A DNA stretch of 64,000 bases from Lama guanicoe (lineage: Eukaryota), in the NCBI GenBank assembly GCA_013239625.1, contig MU053934.1, positions 1,395,285-1,459,284 on the forward strand. The letters are read 5' to 3'. The first letter of the stretch is position 1. Every line of letters starts with the position of its first letter. The position numbers and the translations under genes were made by a program. Below are positions 35,045 through 46,902 of the stretch, in pieces. The notes beneath the pieces are model-generated. The model was not told the origin of the DNA and made no database searches. It saw only the letters and a list, made by a program, of their open reading frames with translations.

Positions 35045-38000
35045 CAGATTTACAAAACTGCTTCCTAGGGCTGTTTTAGCACAATGTCTGCCCGGGTGCC
35101 CCAAAGGTTTGTGTGTGGAAACATGATCCAGGGAGGAGTGAGGACCAAAGGAAGTAAACCCAGGATGGAAGGGAAGCCAATTAAAAGAGCTGTTATCCTT
35201 CTGATAAGGGTGGGAGATGCGTCCATGGAACCGCAGTGCCCAGCATCGATGGAGATGATGGATTCCAGCCACGTGGCAGTTCCTCGTCTGCAAAGGCCAA
35301 GTGGATGAGTTTTCCGAGATAGACAGCAAGGCTGAGTGCCAAGCAGGGGACGCCCTCGTCAGCCTCTGCCTCAGGCTCTGCTCTGGGTGGCGGGGGGGCG
35401 GGTCCCAGACTCTGGTGTAAACATGACCTAATTTCAGTATCACTGATGCTCCTGCCCCTTTACAAGTGGGGAAACCAAAGCTCTGAGAAGTCACCTGAGG
35501 GAGGGGTGAAGACCAGTCCCCTGGCCACATTCTGACCTTCCTCACCCCGGGGTTTTGCAGGACAAGGCCAGGAGAGTTGCAGCGTCCTCCGTCCTCCCCT
35601 ACCTATACGACTCCTTCATGATTTCAAATTCCGCTGCTGGCTGACAGACTTGTCACCTGTCAGAAGTGCAGAATCCATTATTATTATCAATAGCGGTAAC
35701 GGATCATTAAACAACAAATGCACTAATCTCATTAAGCCGTTTATTTAATTAATTTATTTTAATTCGTGTAATTAGTTAATATGATAATGCTTTCTTTCAT
35801 CCAAAGACAGCCTGCAGGCTCTCCAAGCTCCCTGTGCTATCAGTCATGGCTTTTCACACGTTGAGCAGGAGGAAGTTTGGGGAGTTGCTCAAAGTCACAG
35901 AGTTGCCTGGCAAGAGTCACTTAGCCTGTGAGGAAGCCCACTGCTCTTTATCTCCTTTGCTGCGTGAGCGTCAGTGCCATCCGTCTGTCCTTTGGGATTC
36001 AGCTTCCGGGTCCCCCCCAGCAAGAAGCCGTCCCACCACCAGTGTCTCTGGGCTGGGTCAGATGGCTCTCCAGAGATACCCTGCATAGCACACTTCACAA
36101 TACAGAGTGACCCCTGGAGTGACCCCCCTCCACCCCCTGATTAGAATGCAAATCCTTTGAGAGAAAGGGCTGGATTAGGACAATGGCAACAGCCACAAAC
36201 ACGATCACCCTTCACTGAGCACCTGCTCTGTGCCAAGCTTTCTCCCAAGCACGCTGCAAAGATAATCCACACCTTTGGTCCTTACCCCAACACCGAGAGG
36301 GGAGAATGGTTTCCTTTGGGGATTTTTTGTTGTTGTTGTTGGTTTTTGAGAGGGGTTGGAGGCTTTTTTGTTTTGTTCTATTTTGGAATAATGAAATAGA
36401 AACTTTAGGCAGTCAGGAAACATGCCCAGGGCCACCCACCAGAACTGGGATTCAAATTTACGTCCAGATGAACCCAAAGCCAACTCCCTTAGCTACCATC
36501 CTAGGCTGTCTCACTCATCCCAGAGGTCTCCACCTCTAGCATGGGGCCTATTTGCTAAATAATTGTATAATGAATGAATGCCCCAAATGCTCCCTTGACA
36601 AACTTGTCTCTCATAACAAGAGAAGCACAAAAAGACCCCTTAACTGAAGAAGAAGGGACAATGACAGGTCTAGAGGAGTTCTGCTGTTACATTGATCATT
36701 CACGGTTAAGGTTTAAGGACATTAAAAATTTCAGTACTGTTGATAGGATTACATTTCCTTCTAAGGCTTAAAACCACAAACAAAAACAATAATTCCATTA
36801 GCGGTTGAAAATGGTAATAATCCTGGTGAACAGGAACTATATTGTTGGGTAACTGCGAAGCCCAGAGATAATAAATAAAAAGTTCCTGCCTGTGTGGGGA
36901 GTACAATTTGCTGCCTGTACTCCATCGAGCACCGTAATTCCATTAGTAGTTAAAAATTGCAAGAATGCCCTTGACAATAATTTTTATTGCTATACCTGTA
37001 AAACACAAAGATAGGAAATAATTTTGTCCGCTGGGAAGTGGTGATAATAACTCAACTGTAGTAGTGAGAAGCCCGTGGTTTGGTTTCCGTGTGACCAGCA
37101 TTTTGATTGAGGGGAGGAGGGTAACATCTGAAACCGTCACTCACAAGCTGTTTGGAATTTAAGTCCTTCAGTTTCTAGTGTCTTGGTGGTGAAGGAAGAA
37201 CATACTCAGAAACCAAGTGATGGTGGCTCTGCCGCTATCTTGTGAGCTACCCTGGGGCTCAGTCTACCGATCTGTGAAATGGGGCGATATGGGTTCTATT
37301 TCAGTTTAGACCGATATCTGGAGATACAGCCACACATGTCATGGTGGCCCTGATCACATGAGGCTATGGTTTGGAGGGAAGACAGATGTTAATACTATTC
37401 ACGTACCTGATTTGTGTGTCAGCGAGGACTCTATCAGGAAAACAGAAGCCACTCAGTGTATTCCAAGTATGAAGGGGTTTAGGGGAGGAAATCTGAGGCT
37501 TGCATGATGTTGGAAGGCAAGAGGCCACCCCCGATGAGCTGGTTTTCAAGAACTCACCCAGAGGCCACTGGGAAGCTCCCACAAGCCGCCTCAGCCTGCA
37601 GCTCTGATGTAGTGCCCTTCAAGAAGCTCACCTGGATGCTGCTTCCAGCCTCACTTCTGCACACCTGTCAGGCTGCAATGCCTCTGGAGGACAATAGCTA
37701 TTTTTCCTTCCACGGATCATATCTCCTACAAGTGCCTTGTTGGCCAGCTCTAACCCAGACCCATCCTGGGAAGGGGATTCTGGGAAGTAGCAGCTCCTAG
37801 CCTTTTCTCCACAGTGAAAGGGGCGACAGGGATGCTGAGCTGGCCACAGACAACCCCGGATAATTGGGATATTATTTGATTAGAGCCTGGAAGGGCAAGC
37901 TCAAGGGTCAGGGGGACCTGAAGGACATTAGGGATTCTGGGAAGGCTTCCTGGAGGAAGTGACATTTAACTTGAGAACCAGCGGGTGCATGAGACTAGGT

Positions 38001-38567
38001 TGAGTGAAGGGAATGGTGAGAGGCTGAGGAGGGGAGAGAATTAGGGAAAAGAATTTCAGGCAGTAGGAACAACATAGGCCAAGTAGGGCTTTGCTCTCAT
38101 TGGCCACCTCTGGGGAGCATCTCCTACAAGTCAGTGGCAGAACTCCCACTGGTGGGCTGGGAGTGGGGTAGGGGGATGACTCAGAGGCTTCTCAAATGCG
38201 GTGATGGGGTTTCTCATGTCCTCCACTGACTTCGCCAAAGCACATAATTTTTTTTGATGAAAAGGTTTTCATGAATATAGCATCTCAGGGTGAATAGAAC
38301 GCTGACTCATGTTTCATAACTTATGTGCCTCCTGTAATTTATTTTTGACAGTGTTGTCATATTTTTGATAATTTAGGAATTTCTTTCCCCTCCTTAGGAT
38401 GAAAGGTCATGCAGCCTTCCACGACTCCTCCCACCTATGCACACCTACATTCTGCCACATAATCTAGCTCTCGGTTAGAAAAACATTTTAAAGACAGAAT
38501 AAACAGGAGCAGTTATTTAAGGGTAAGTGGAGGTGGGGACAGAAAGATCATGAATTCAGTTTTGGAA

Positions 38568-39295
38568 TTTTTTTTTTAAATTTTTAATTGAAGTATAGTT
38601 AGTTATAATGTGTTCATTTCTAGTGTACAGCATAATGTCCCAGTCATGCATATATATACATATATTCATCTTCATATTCTTTTTCATTAAAGGTTATTAC
38701 AAGATATTAAATATAGTTCCCTGTGCTATACAGAAGAAATTTGTTTTTATCTATTTTTATATATAGTGGTTAACCTTTGCAAATCTCAAACTCCCAAATT
38801 TTCCCCTTCCCACCCCTTTCCCCCACTAATCATGAAATTGTTTACTATGTCTATGAGTCTGTTTCTGTTTTGTAGATGAGTTCATTAGTGTCCTCTTTTT
38901 TTATTTTCCTGTTTCAGATTCCACACATGAGTGATATCATATGGTATTTTTCTTTCTCTTTCTGGCTTACTTCACTTAGAATGATGATCTCCAAGTCCAT
39001 TCATGTTGCTGATCTCCACGTTATTTTATTCTTTTTCATGGCAAAGTAGTATTCCATTGTATAAATATACTACAACTTCCTTATCCAGTCATCTGTCAAT
39101 GGACATTTGAGTTGTATCCATGTCTTGGTTATTGTATATAGTGCTGCTATGAACACTGGGGTGCATGTGTTTTCGAGTGAGAGTTCCCTCTGGATATACG
39201 CACAGAAATGGGATTGCTGGGTCATATGGTAAGTCTATTTTTAGTTTTTTGAGGAATCTCCATACTGTTTTCCATGACAGCTATACCAAACTACA
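38568..39295 (-). mobile_element. 5'-truncated L1 (ORF2 end plus 3' UTR) with perfect 15-bp TSD, inserted in an L2
   Basis: TSD atgaattcagttttg at 38550-38564 and 39296-39310; T-tail; gaggaatctccatactgttttcca block. Confidence 0.93.
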
Positions 39296-39310
39296 ATGAA
39301 TTCAGTTTTG

Positions 39311-39900
39311 AATGTACGGATTTTGTGTTATGCTGGGGACATTCAAATAAGGATGACAAGTGACAATTTCTGTATTGGTCTGAAGCTCAGCAGTAAGGTC
39401 TGGGCTGCAGATAGAAATTCTGAAGACACGGGATACAGATGGTAACTGAAAGCATAGAGGCGGATGGGAAAAAGCAGAGCACTTAGTGGGAGTCTTGGGG
39501 AATACTGACACTTAATGGCAGGTAAAGGACAGAGGACAGGGGTCCAGAGAAGTGGGAGGAGAGCCAGGACATCGCCATATGGAATAAGCTGATAGAGATG
39601 GGCATTTCAGGGAGGAGAGAGGTCCAGAAAGCATCTGTGCGTTTAGCAGCATGGAGAACACTGGCCACCACAGCGCAAACTGCTTGTTGGAGAGATTGGA
39701 GGAACCCAGTAACCAGTGCGGGCCGAGGAGAGAGGAGAAGTGGGGCGTATAAGGCACCTTTGGGGCTGTAAGGCACCCAAGGGGAGGAGAGAGGCTGGGT
39801 GGCAGCGGGAGGGGAGGGTGGAGTCAAGGCGGTGGTGTTTGTTTTGCAAAACATGGGTGGGATTTGAGCATATTTAAAAGATCCAAGAGAGGGAAATGCA
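39311..39900 (-). mobile_element. L2 LINE fragment
   Basis: ggtctgaagctcagcagtaaggtctgggctgcagatagaaatt and gtcttggggaatactgacactta blocks. Confidence 0.6.
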
Positions 39901-39926
39901 GGAGAGGGAAAAGGGAACCAAAGCAG

Positions 39927-40072
39927 CAGTGGGGATTAAGCTAAAGCAAGCAGGGTGTGGGACGCAAATTTAAGGAAGCGCCCTCTCCATAAAGTGCAGG
40001 GCCCCGCCCCGCCCTGAGAGCGTGCGCCTCTTTGACTTTGCGCCCCTGGAGCCTGGCCGGCTTCACCCTGAA
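39927..40072. mobile_element. Palindromic hAT-Tip100 MITE, MER96-like
   Basis: gacgcaaatttaaggaagcgccctctc and gagagcgtgcgcctctttgactttgcgccc form an imperfect inverted repeat, as in recalled MER96. Confidence 0.7.
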
Positions 40073-43000
40073 CTGAAAGATCTTGGGAACGACGGGCTGC
40101 AGAGCACAGGGAAGACTCTGAATGCTGTTCTTTCCCTAAGAAAAGCCCCAAAGGAAAAGCTATCGAAAAACTTAAAGGATTTGAAAGCTCTCTCGAGTCC
40201 ATCTACTTCCGGGGCTTTTGACGCTGCTCCTTAGCTGGGAAACCTTCCTCCCATCTCATGCAGAAGCATGATGAATAAAACAGGAGAAGTAGAGGCTCCA
40301 GTGGAAACTGGGAGCCAGGTGGGGAGCCGAGCGATGGGAAGCAGCAGGAATCCTCTCTCCCTTGCCTGGGTGAACTTTGCTTTCAACTCACTTGGCCCAT
40401 TTAAATTAAATACAGTATCGCTGCCCTGCCTTGTTCTGTTCCCCAAAGGATTCAAGGTAGTGTACAGAGATACACACGACACAATAAGATAAACCTAATG
40501 ATGTAGACAAGTAGATAATGAAAGAGAAGAGCGGAGAGAAGTGGAGAAAAGCTTGGATTCGAGGTGTGCTCACCGTCTCAGCCACTGGCCAAAAAGAGGT
40601 GACAAACAGATGGAGAGAGACAGACAGACAGAGATGGACAAAGAAAGAGAGAAAGAGGGAGAGGGGAGGGGAGATGGGAGAAGGGGAAGAGAGTGAGGCT
40701 GAGATTCAGACACGACAGGACACACTAGGACTCAGAAGGCATTGCAGATCTGAGTTTTTGCAGACTTCGTGGGCAGGCCCTTTAATATCCCTCACCACGG
40801 TTTCCTCATCCATGAAGTATGGATAATAAACTGTGCTTCTGGCCTTCCCCCCGCCAATCCCACCCACTCCTCGGGCTGCTCCAGGCACCAGGAGATGACA
40901 GATGTCAGCCTTTGGAGTCTGGCTGATGGGAGGGATGCTGTAAGATCGGTGACAGCAGTGATTTTCTTTTAAACTCGGCGTGGCAGGCTTTGTGTAGCGC
41001 CCCGATTTGGCCAGGCTGAGGAGAGTCCCGGGGCCTGCCATCAGGCCTGGCAGGAGCACTAGTAAGATGGGGGGGGCTTTGTCCGGCTCCAGGGGACCCC
41101 TCTGCCTCTTTCCACCAAATGGAAAGGCCAATTATGTGATGTTTTTCCTTGACTGCTCGGAAGCTTTTTGGGGACTCAGGAGGGGCAGACAAGAAGGCAA
41201 CTGTGGAGTAGAAGTCCTAGAAACCAGATCCAGGGAGCTGGCATGTCTCCCCTCCTCTCGGAGTGTGAAAAGCCCATAAAACAATTAGAGCCCACGCTGC
41301 CCTCCCGCCGGAGCAGGACGGGTGTTTGTGCTTTGTTAAGTGTAATTACTGCGCGATAAGGGCCCCCCTTGCAGCTGTGGGGGAAGATAGGCAGCGCCAT
41401 AAACCTGGGTCACCAACAGGGCACGGGGGTGAAACGGTGAAGGGAGGAGAGGGCGGCGCCCCGCCCTGTCCCAGAGAAAGTTTCCAGCTGGAATTCTGAC
41501 CCGGTCAGCGGGCACCCTCTCTGATTCCACCTTGGGGCTTGGCTCAGACTTGGGGAAAGTGGCTGGTGGGGTGGGACTCAGAGTTAAAACACTTTTCACC
41601 CACAACCAGGGGTGACTGTAAGCCTGGAGGCACAGGTACGGGCAGACCATTTGTCAAACATCGAATCATTTCTAACCTGAGTCCGCAACACTGCCCCTTC
41701 CCCACCATCCAGCCTCGGGGAGACGTGGGGGCCCCCAGGACCCTGTCTCGCTGCAGCCTCAATCAGTTCTGATTAGATAATGCCCAGTTCCTGCCAGGGG
41801 TTAAATACTCTGAGTATCTCTCCAGCCTACAACCCTGGTCTCCTAAGCATGACTGTCACAGAAGAACGGCCCCTCCCATATTTGAAAGCAGAAGGGCTGG
41901 GGGAGGACAGAGGGGAGGAACAGCACTTCCGTGCACCTGGGGACTGATGTGCTTGCCATTGAATGCTTTCTTTCATTTCATTCTAACCTGGGGAGGTGGC
42001 TCTGCCCTTTGAGAGCAACAGGACAGGAAAAGTCATTCACCAAATTACCACCAGTGTGTCCTCAGGAGAGACACTTTGGCAAACTGCTGAGGGTGATGGA
42101 TGACAGCCCAAACTCTTGTTCATCCTGAGAAGGAAAGGAAATCGATCGGTGTCAGATGTCAGGGCCTGGCCATGACCTGGGTGTTCTTGTGCTTCGGGAC
42201 AAAATTCCCGGGAACTGAGGCCAAGCCTCTTCCTGGGTGAGAAGTGAATGGGACAGGGAGGACAGGGAGCTAGCAGTCTCTCTTCATGATTCAAGCAATC
42301 ACTTCTACCCCTCTGGCTGTTGGTTTCCTCATCTGTAAAATGTGGGGCTGGGATTTGATGACCTTAATTCTATTCCTTCTCTGATTCTATGATTCTTATC
42401 CAACCAGTTATCCAATGGATGGAAGAATGTCTGTGGCGGAGGCAATACCACCCGGCTGAGAGGTGGCATGACCTGACTTGAAGAGCACAAGATTGGGAGA
42501 CAGACCCAGGGAGGGCTGCGATGTATGGTTGTTCAGGTTGAACACTGCACAAAGGTGCTCAGCTGATGGGGTAAGGAGGTCTGCTGGAATATTGCCTGGG
42601 TTTTGCTTCTAAGCAGAGCATCCTGGTACAGGGTTTCATCTGCCTGGAGGATGTACCTTCTTCTTCTGTGCACAGATGTGCCTTATGAACTAATGGCAGC
42701 CTTGAACCTGAGTTCTCATCCCAGTTTTGATATTTTCTAGCTCTATGACCTCAGGCAATTCAGAGAACCTGAACTTGTGTCTCAGCATAGAAATTGGGTT
42801 TGTCATTGTTTCCCAGAAGAAATAATGTAAGACTGAACTGAGAATGTACCCAGCACAGCACCTGATCCATAGCAAGTGATCAGCTGAGTTCCCTTCCTCG
42901 GCTTCTCTTGGAGAATGTTCACTGGTGTTCTGATGTTAGAAATGACTGCCCTTAAATGTTAGCTATCTTGATTGTGGTGGTGGTTTCATAGGGATATACA

Positions 43001-46000
43001 GATATCAGAATTCATCAGATTTTACATCTGAAAATACGTGCGGTTTACTGTACAGGAATTATACAACAATAAAGGTGTTAGAAAAATAATAATAATTCGG
43101 GATGGGGTGGGGAAATGACTGCCCTTAACCTGGTAATTCTACAGTTAGAGACTGTCTTCAGGTAGGAAGCCCCCTCACCAGCACTAACCTTAACCTCCCA
43201 ACCGTATTGTCCTAACTTTCCATATCCATCAGGGGATGCTCAGCCAGGGAAGGACTGAAGGAGACAGCCTTCCCAGGGATGTTGAAGGCAGGTGGAAGTT
43301 ATGATGGAGGAGGCATCACACTATAATTGTACGAGTAGATCTTCATCTTTGCGTGTGAACCCAATCACTTACAACAGGTAACACCCTCTCCCTATTGGTT
43401 TCCACATCCTCTCTCTCTTGGTTCTTCCATCTCCCACTTGAGAAAAATAGAGAGAGACTGAAGGGTGGACATGGATCCCAAACGTCAAGCTGGAAAGCCC
43501 CAGAGAGGTCAGCTGATTCCATTTAGTCATGAGGATGTGAGGAAGGCATCGTCGGGCGTTATCCAATTACCATGCTCTCCTGAACTCACTTGCTGCCTGC
43601 TTCCCGCAGTTCTGAGAACAAGTTGCTAACAGCTTTCTCAGTGGGCATAATCACCCAATTTTAGAGCTGGAGAGGCACTGAAAGGTGCCAATTGGGACGT
43701 ACTTAACGGGACTGTACCTGCCTTCCGTCTTGAGATGTGTTCTGAGTTATTCATTCGTGATCGGGTCCTACCTTCAAGACTTCCCCATCAAAGGACTTTT
43801 GTCTCTTAGAATTTGGAGAATGTTAATACTTGGAGAAAGATCTGAAATATTGCCTGTATATATTGGGCCCTCCTCCCAAGTCTTCAATGACTCTCTATTG
43901 CCTATAGGATTCATCCAACTCATTTAACTGGCTCTTTGTTATATGTTCTAGGGGGAAAGACATGAATGACACTCAATTTATCCTCTTAAAGAGCTCACAG
44001 TCTACTTGGGAGTGATGGAGATGGGTACAAAGGAGGCCAAAGTCAGTCAGAAATGAGTAACAGAGCAATCGCAATAAGTGGACAGGGAGGAGGGAGGAAT
44101 GGTACGTGCTGGGGGGGGGGGTTATGGGCCTTTGCCCATGTTTATGGAAAGTATTTATTTCAAACTGTCATCTTACAGATCCAGTATGAGACCCAGAGAG
44201 AGAAGAGAGCCAGGGATGTAGAGGCAGAACCAGGACTAGAACCCAGGACTCCTGACTCTGCATTTGGTTCTCTTTGCTCTGTGGTTCTTACACTTTGAGG
44301 TCATTCCTTTCTGGAGCACGTCTCTATCCTGACACCATGAAAAGAATGCTAGGATATTGAAAGAAGGGGCTGGAGGCTTGAATGTGAATCTTAGTCCCCT
44401 GCTGTGTGACCTTAAGCAAGACCCTAAACCTCTCTGAGTCTTCTTTCTCTCATCTGTTTTCCATCTACCAGAAATCAGCTCCATTAGGGCAGGGACAGCA
44501 TCTCCTCAGTCCTCCCCGGGATTGACCTGGGGAACTTTGAGGACAATAACTAACAGGCCCCAAGCAGGAATGTTCAACAATCTGGTACTCAGGAGACAAA
44601 ACTGGGCAGGAAATAAAGGTTTGAAAGGTGTCAGTATATTGATTGGGAATAAGTGAACAGAAGACGAGGAGAATGTAAGGGAAGAGAGGAGGGTCTTTCA
44701 CATCGTTGGCGCTCCCCCAACCTAACACCTAGTAAAGGTGGAGAGGACGTCTGCTAAAAGGTGCTCAAAGGCAAAAGTTGGCCAAAGCTTTGGTCAGCTG
44801 ACTGCTGTCTCTCCTGACCCCAGGCTCAGGGTCAGCGGGTCCAGCTTCCAAAGCTGAGAAGGTAGAGTACAGGGGGTTTCCCGCAGTCCCCGCCTTTGCT
44901 GTCACCTGTATGACAGTGGGCAAGTCCCTGCACCTCGATAAGCCTGAGTTTCCTCATCTGTAAAGTGGGGGTGGAACAGATTCAGAGTTTACGGGAGGGG
45001 CCTAATGAGGTGATGTACCGTCTGGGGCAGCCCACGGTGGATGGCATCTGGGCACATCTCAATCATCAAACAGCTCAGTCCAGGACCACTAAATCACAGC
45101 CAGTGAGCTGGGGAGGTCAGCAGTGATGGAACCGCCTGTAATGAATGGCTGTGGCTGCAGTAATTGGGCCTTTTAAAGCCATTTGCTTCATTTTCTCCCC
45201 ATCTCCCAACAGGTGGCGAGGCTGAATGCAGCATATTCAAAATGTACAGAAAACCCAAAATGGGACTGTTTCGGAGACAGGCTGGGCTGGCTAATTAAAA
45301 TGGGCACATCTATACACGGTGACATGTCTCTCCAGAGAGCCCAAGAATTCTGAGAATGAGCGCTCAACCATCAGCAAATGGTCGCCACACCAGGCACTGG
45401 GACTTGAGAGAAAATGAGTCACAAAGCTGCCTCAAGAGGCGCTCAGTCTAGTGGGGAAGAAGGCAAGCATGTGAATGAGAAACTGCAGCCCACAACTATT
45501 AAGTGTCACGGGAGGGGCAACACCAGGGTCTGTGACAGTGTGGAGGGAGCTCCGTGAGACCCAGAGGAGGGGCCACCTGGACCAGGTGTTGAAGGGTGAG
45601 TAGGAGTGCGCCAGGAGGGGAGTGAGCATTCCAAGCAAAGGAATGTGACGAAATCAGGTCCCAGCAAGAGAAAGGAGCCCAACAGTCACCTGACTGTCCA
45701 GCTGGCTCCAAGCATTTTATATTAGACCTTGGGCATCATCCAGCTGGACCCCCTCACTTCGGAGATTTGTGCTCCCCACCTGCAAACCTCCCTGCTCTTC
45801 CTTCCAGGTGAGCCCAAGGGACACCTCCTCCAGAAGGCCTTCTTTGATTTCACCAGCAACCATGCTCAAAACTCTACTATGGAACTTACACTATGTATCT
45901 GAATTATCCATCTGCTCTACACCCAACTGTGAGCTCCCTGAGGGCAGGGGCGAGGCTATCTGCGTGTGTTCATCACAGCATGGTATATAGGACCTGGAAG

Positions 46001-46902
46001 AAATGCAATTAGCAACAGCCATGAATGATGACAATAACAACTAAGATCCTGAGCATTTACTAGCGCCAGCCATTAGGCTTAAGGCCAGGCTCGAAATGTC
46101 CTCATCACCTTCATTAGTTCACTGAATCCTCACAAAAACCCTATGCGGTAGTGCTAACCCCCATTTTACAGATGAAGGAACTGAGGCTCAGAGAGAGGAA
46201 GTGGCTGCTCCAGGGTCAGCACAGGGTCAGCACAGGGATTCAACCAGTCTGACCCCAAAGCCCGTTTCTTCCCCACTGAGTATCTTGCTTTGATGTGTGA
46301 TAACTTGGAGGTGGATGGGATGGGATTGGAGTCATTGGGCTGGTGCCGAAATGAAAAGACGGAACAAAGGGGCAGGCGACTGCGAAAGAAAAAAACTACA
46401 GAAAATGACACCTGGTTTGGAGGAGGAGTGTTGCTGGGAACGCCAATCTACAAAGAGGGGAATTCAGATGCTTGAGATCAGAAACCACCGCCTGGGAGTC
46501 GTGTTAGTTAATACGCAGCCCAGCGCTCAGCACCAGGTCACTGCTTGTTAAATTCAAATTGAATTGGAATGAGAAGATCATCTGGGTAGCTGGAGAGCCA
46601 ACTGCATGGGGAGAAGCAGGCGGAAGGCCTGGAAAGGCTTATCCGGCCGGCTCAGGAAGGGCCTGGAATCAGGCTACGGCCTTGACTTCAACTCACGGGC
46701 AAGAAGAAAGCCATCAGAGGCTTTTGAGAAAAGACCCTCCTCGGGAAAGGAGGACACTTTGGTGCCAGAGCTGGCTCACAGGGAACAGGAACTGGCCCAG
46801 AAGGAGAGGGAGTCTGGGCAGAGAGCGCCACCACATGGGGCAGCAGGCTGCTCATCCGGGTGATTTTAGACCGAGTCGTGGTTGGATCACACCGCGCCCA
46901 GG

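Noticed and set aside
36720..37080. C2H2 zinc-finger (84 bp) or LRR (72 bp) coding repeats behind the periodicity
   Set aside because: No CxxC/HxxxH or LxxLxL pattern in the frames I read; frequent stops.
39990..40070. CpG-rich GC-box promoter
   Set aside because: Explained by a MER96-like palindromic MITE.
45228..45256. U6 snRNA-like fragment (gcagcatattcaaaatgtacagaaaa)
   Set aside because: Resemblance is short and gapped; lacks the ACAGAGA box and the rest of U6.
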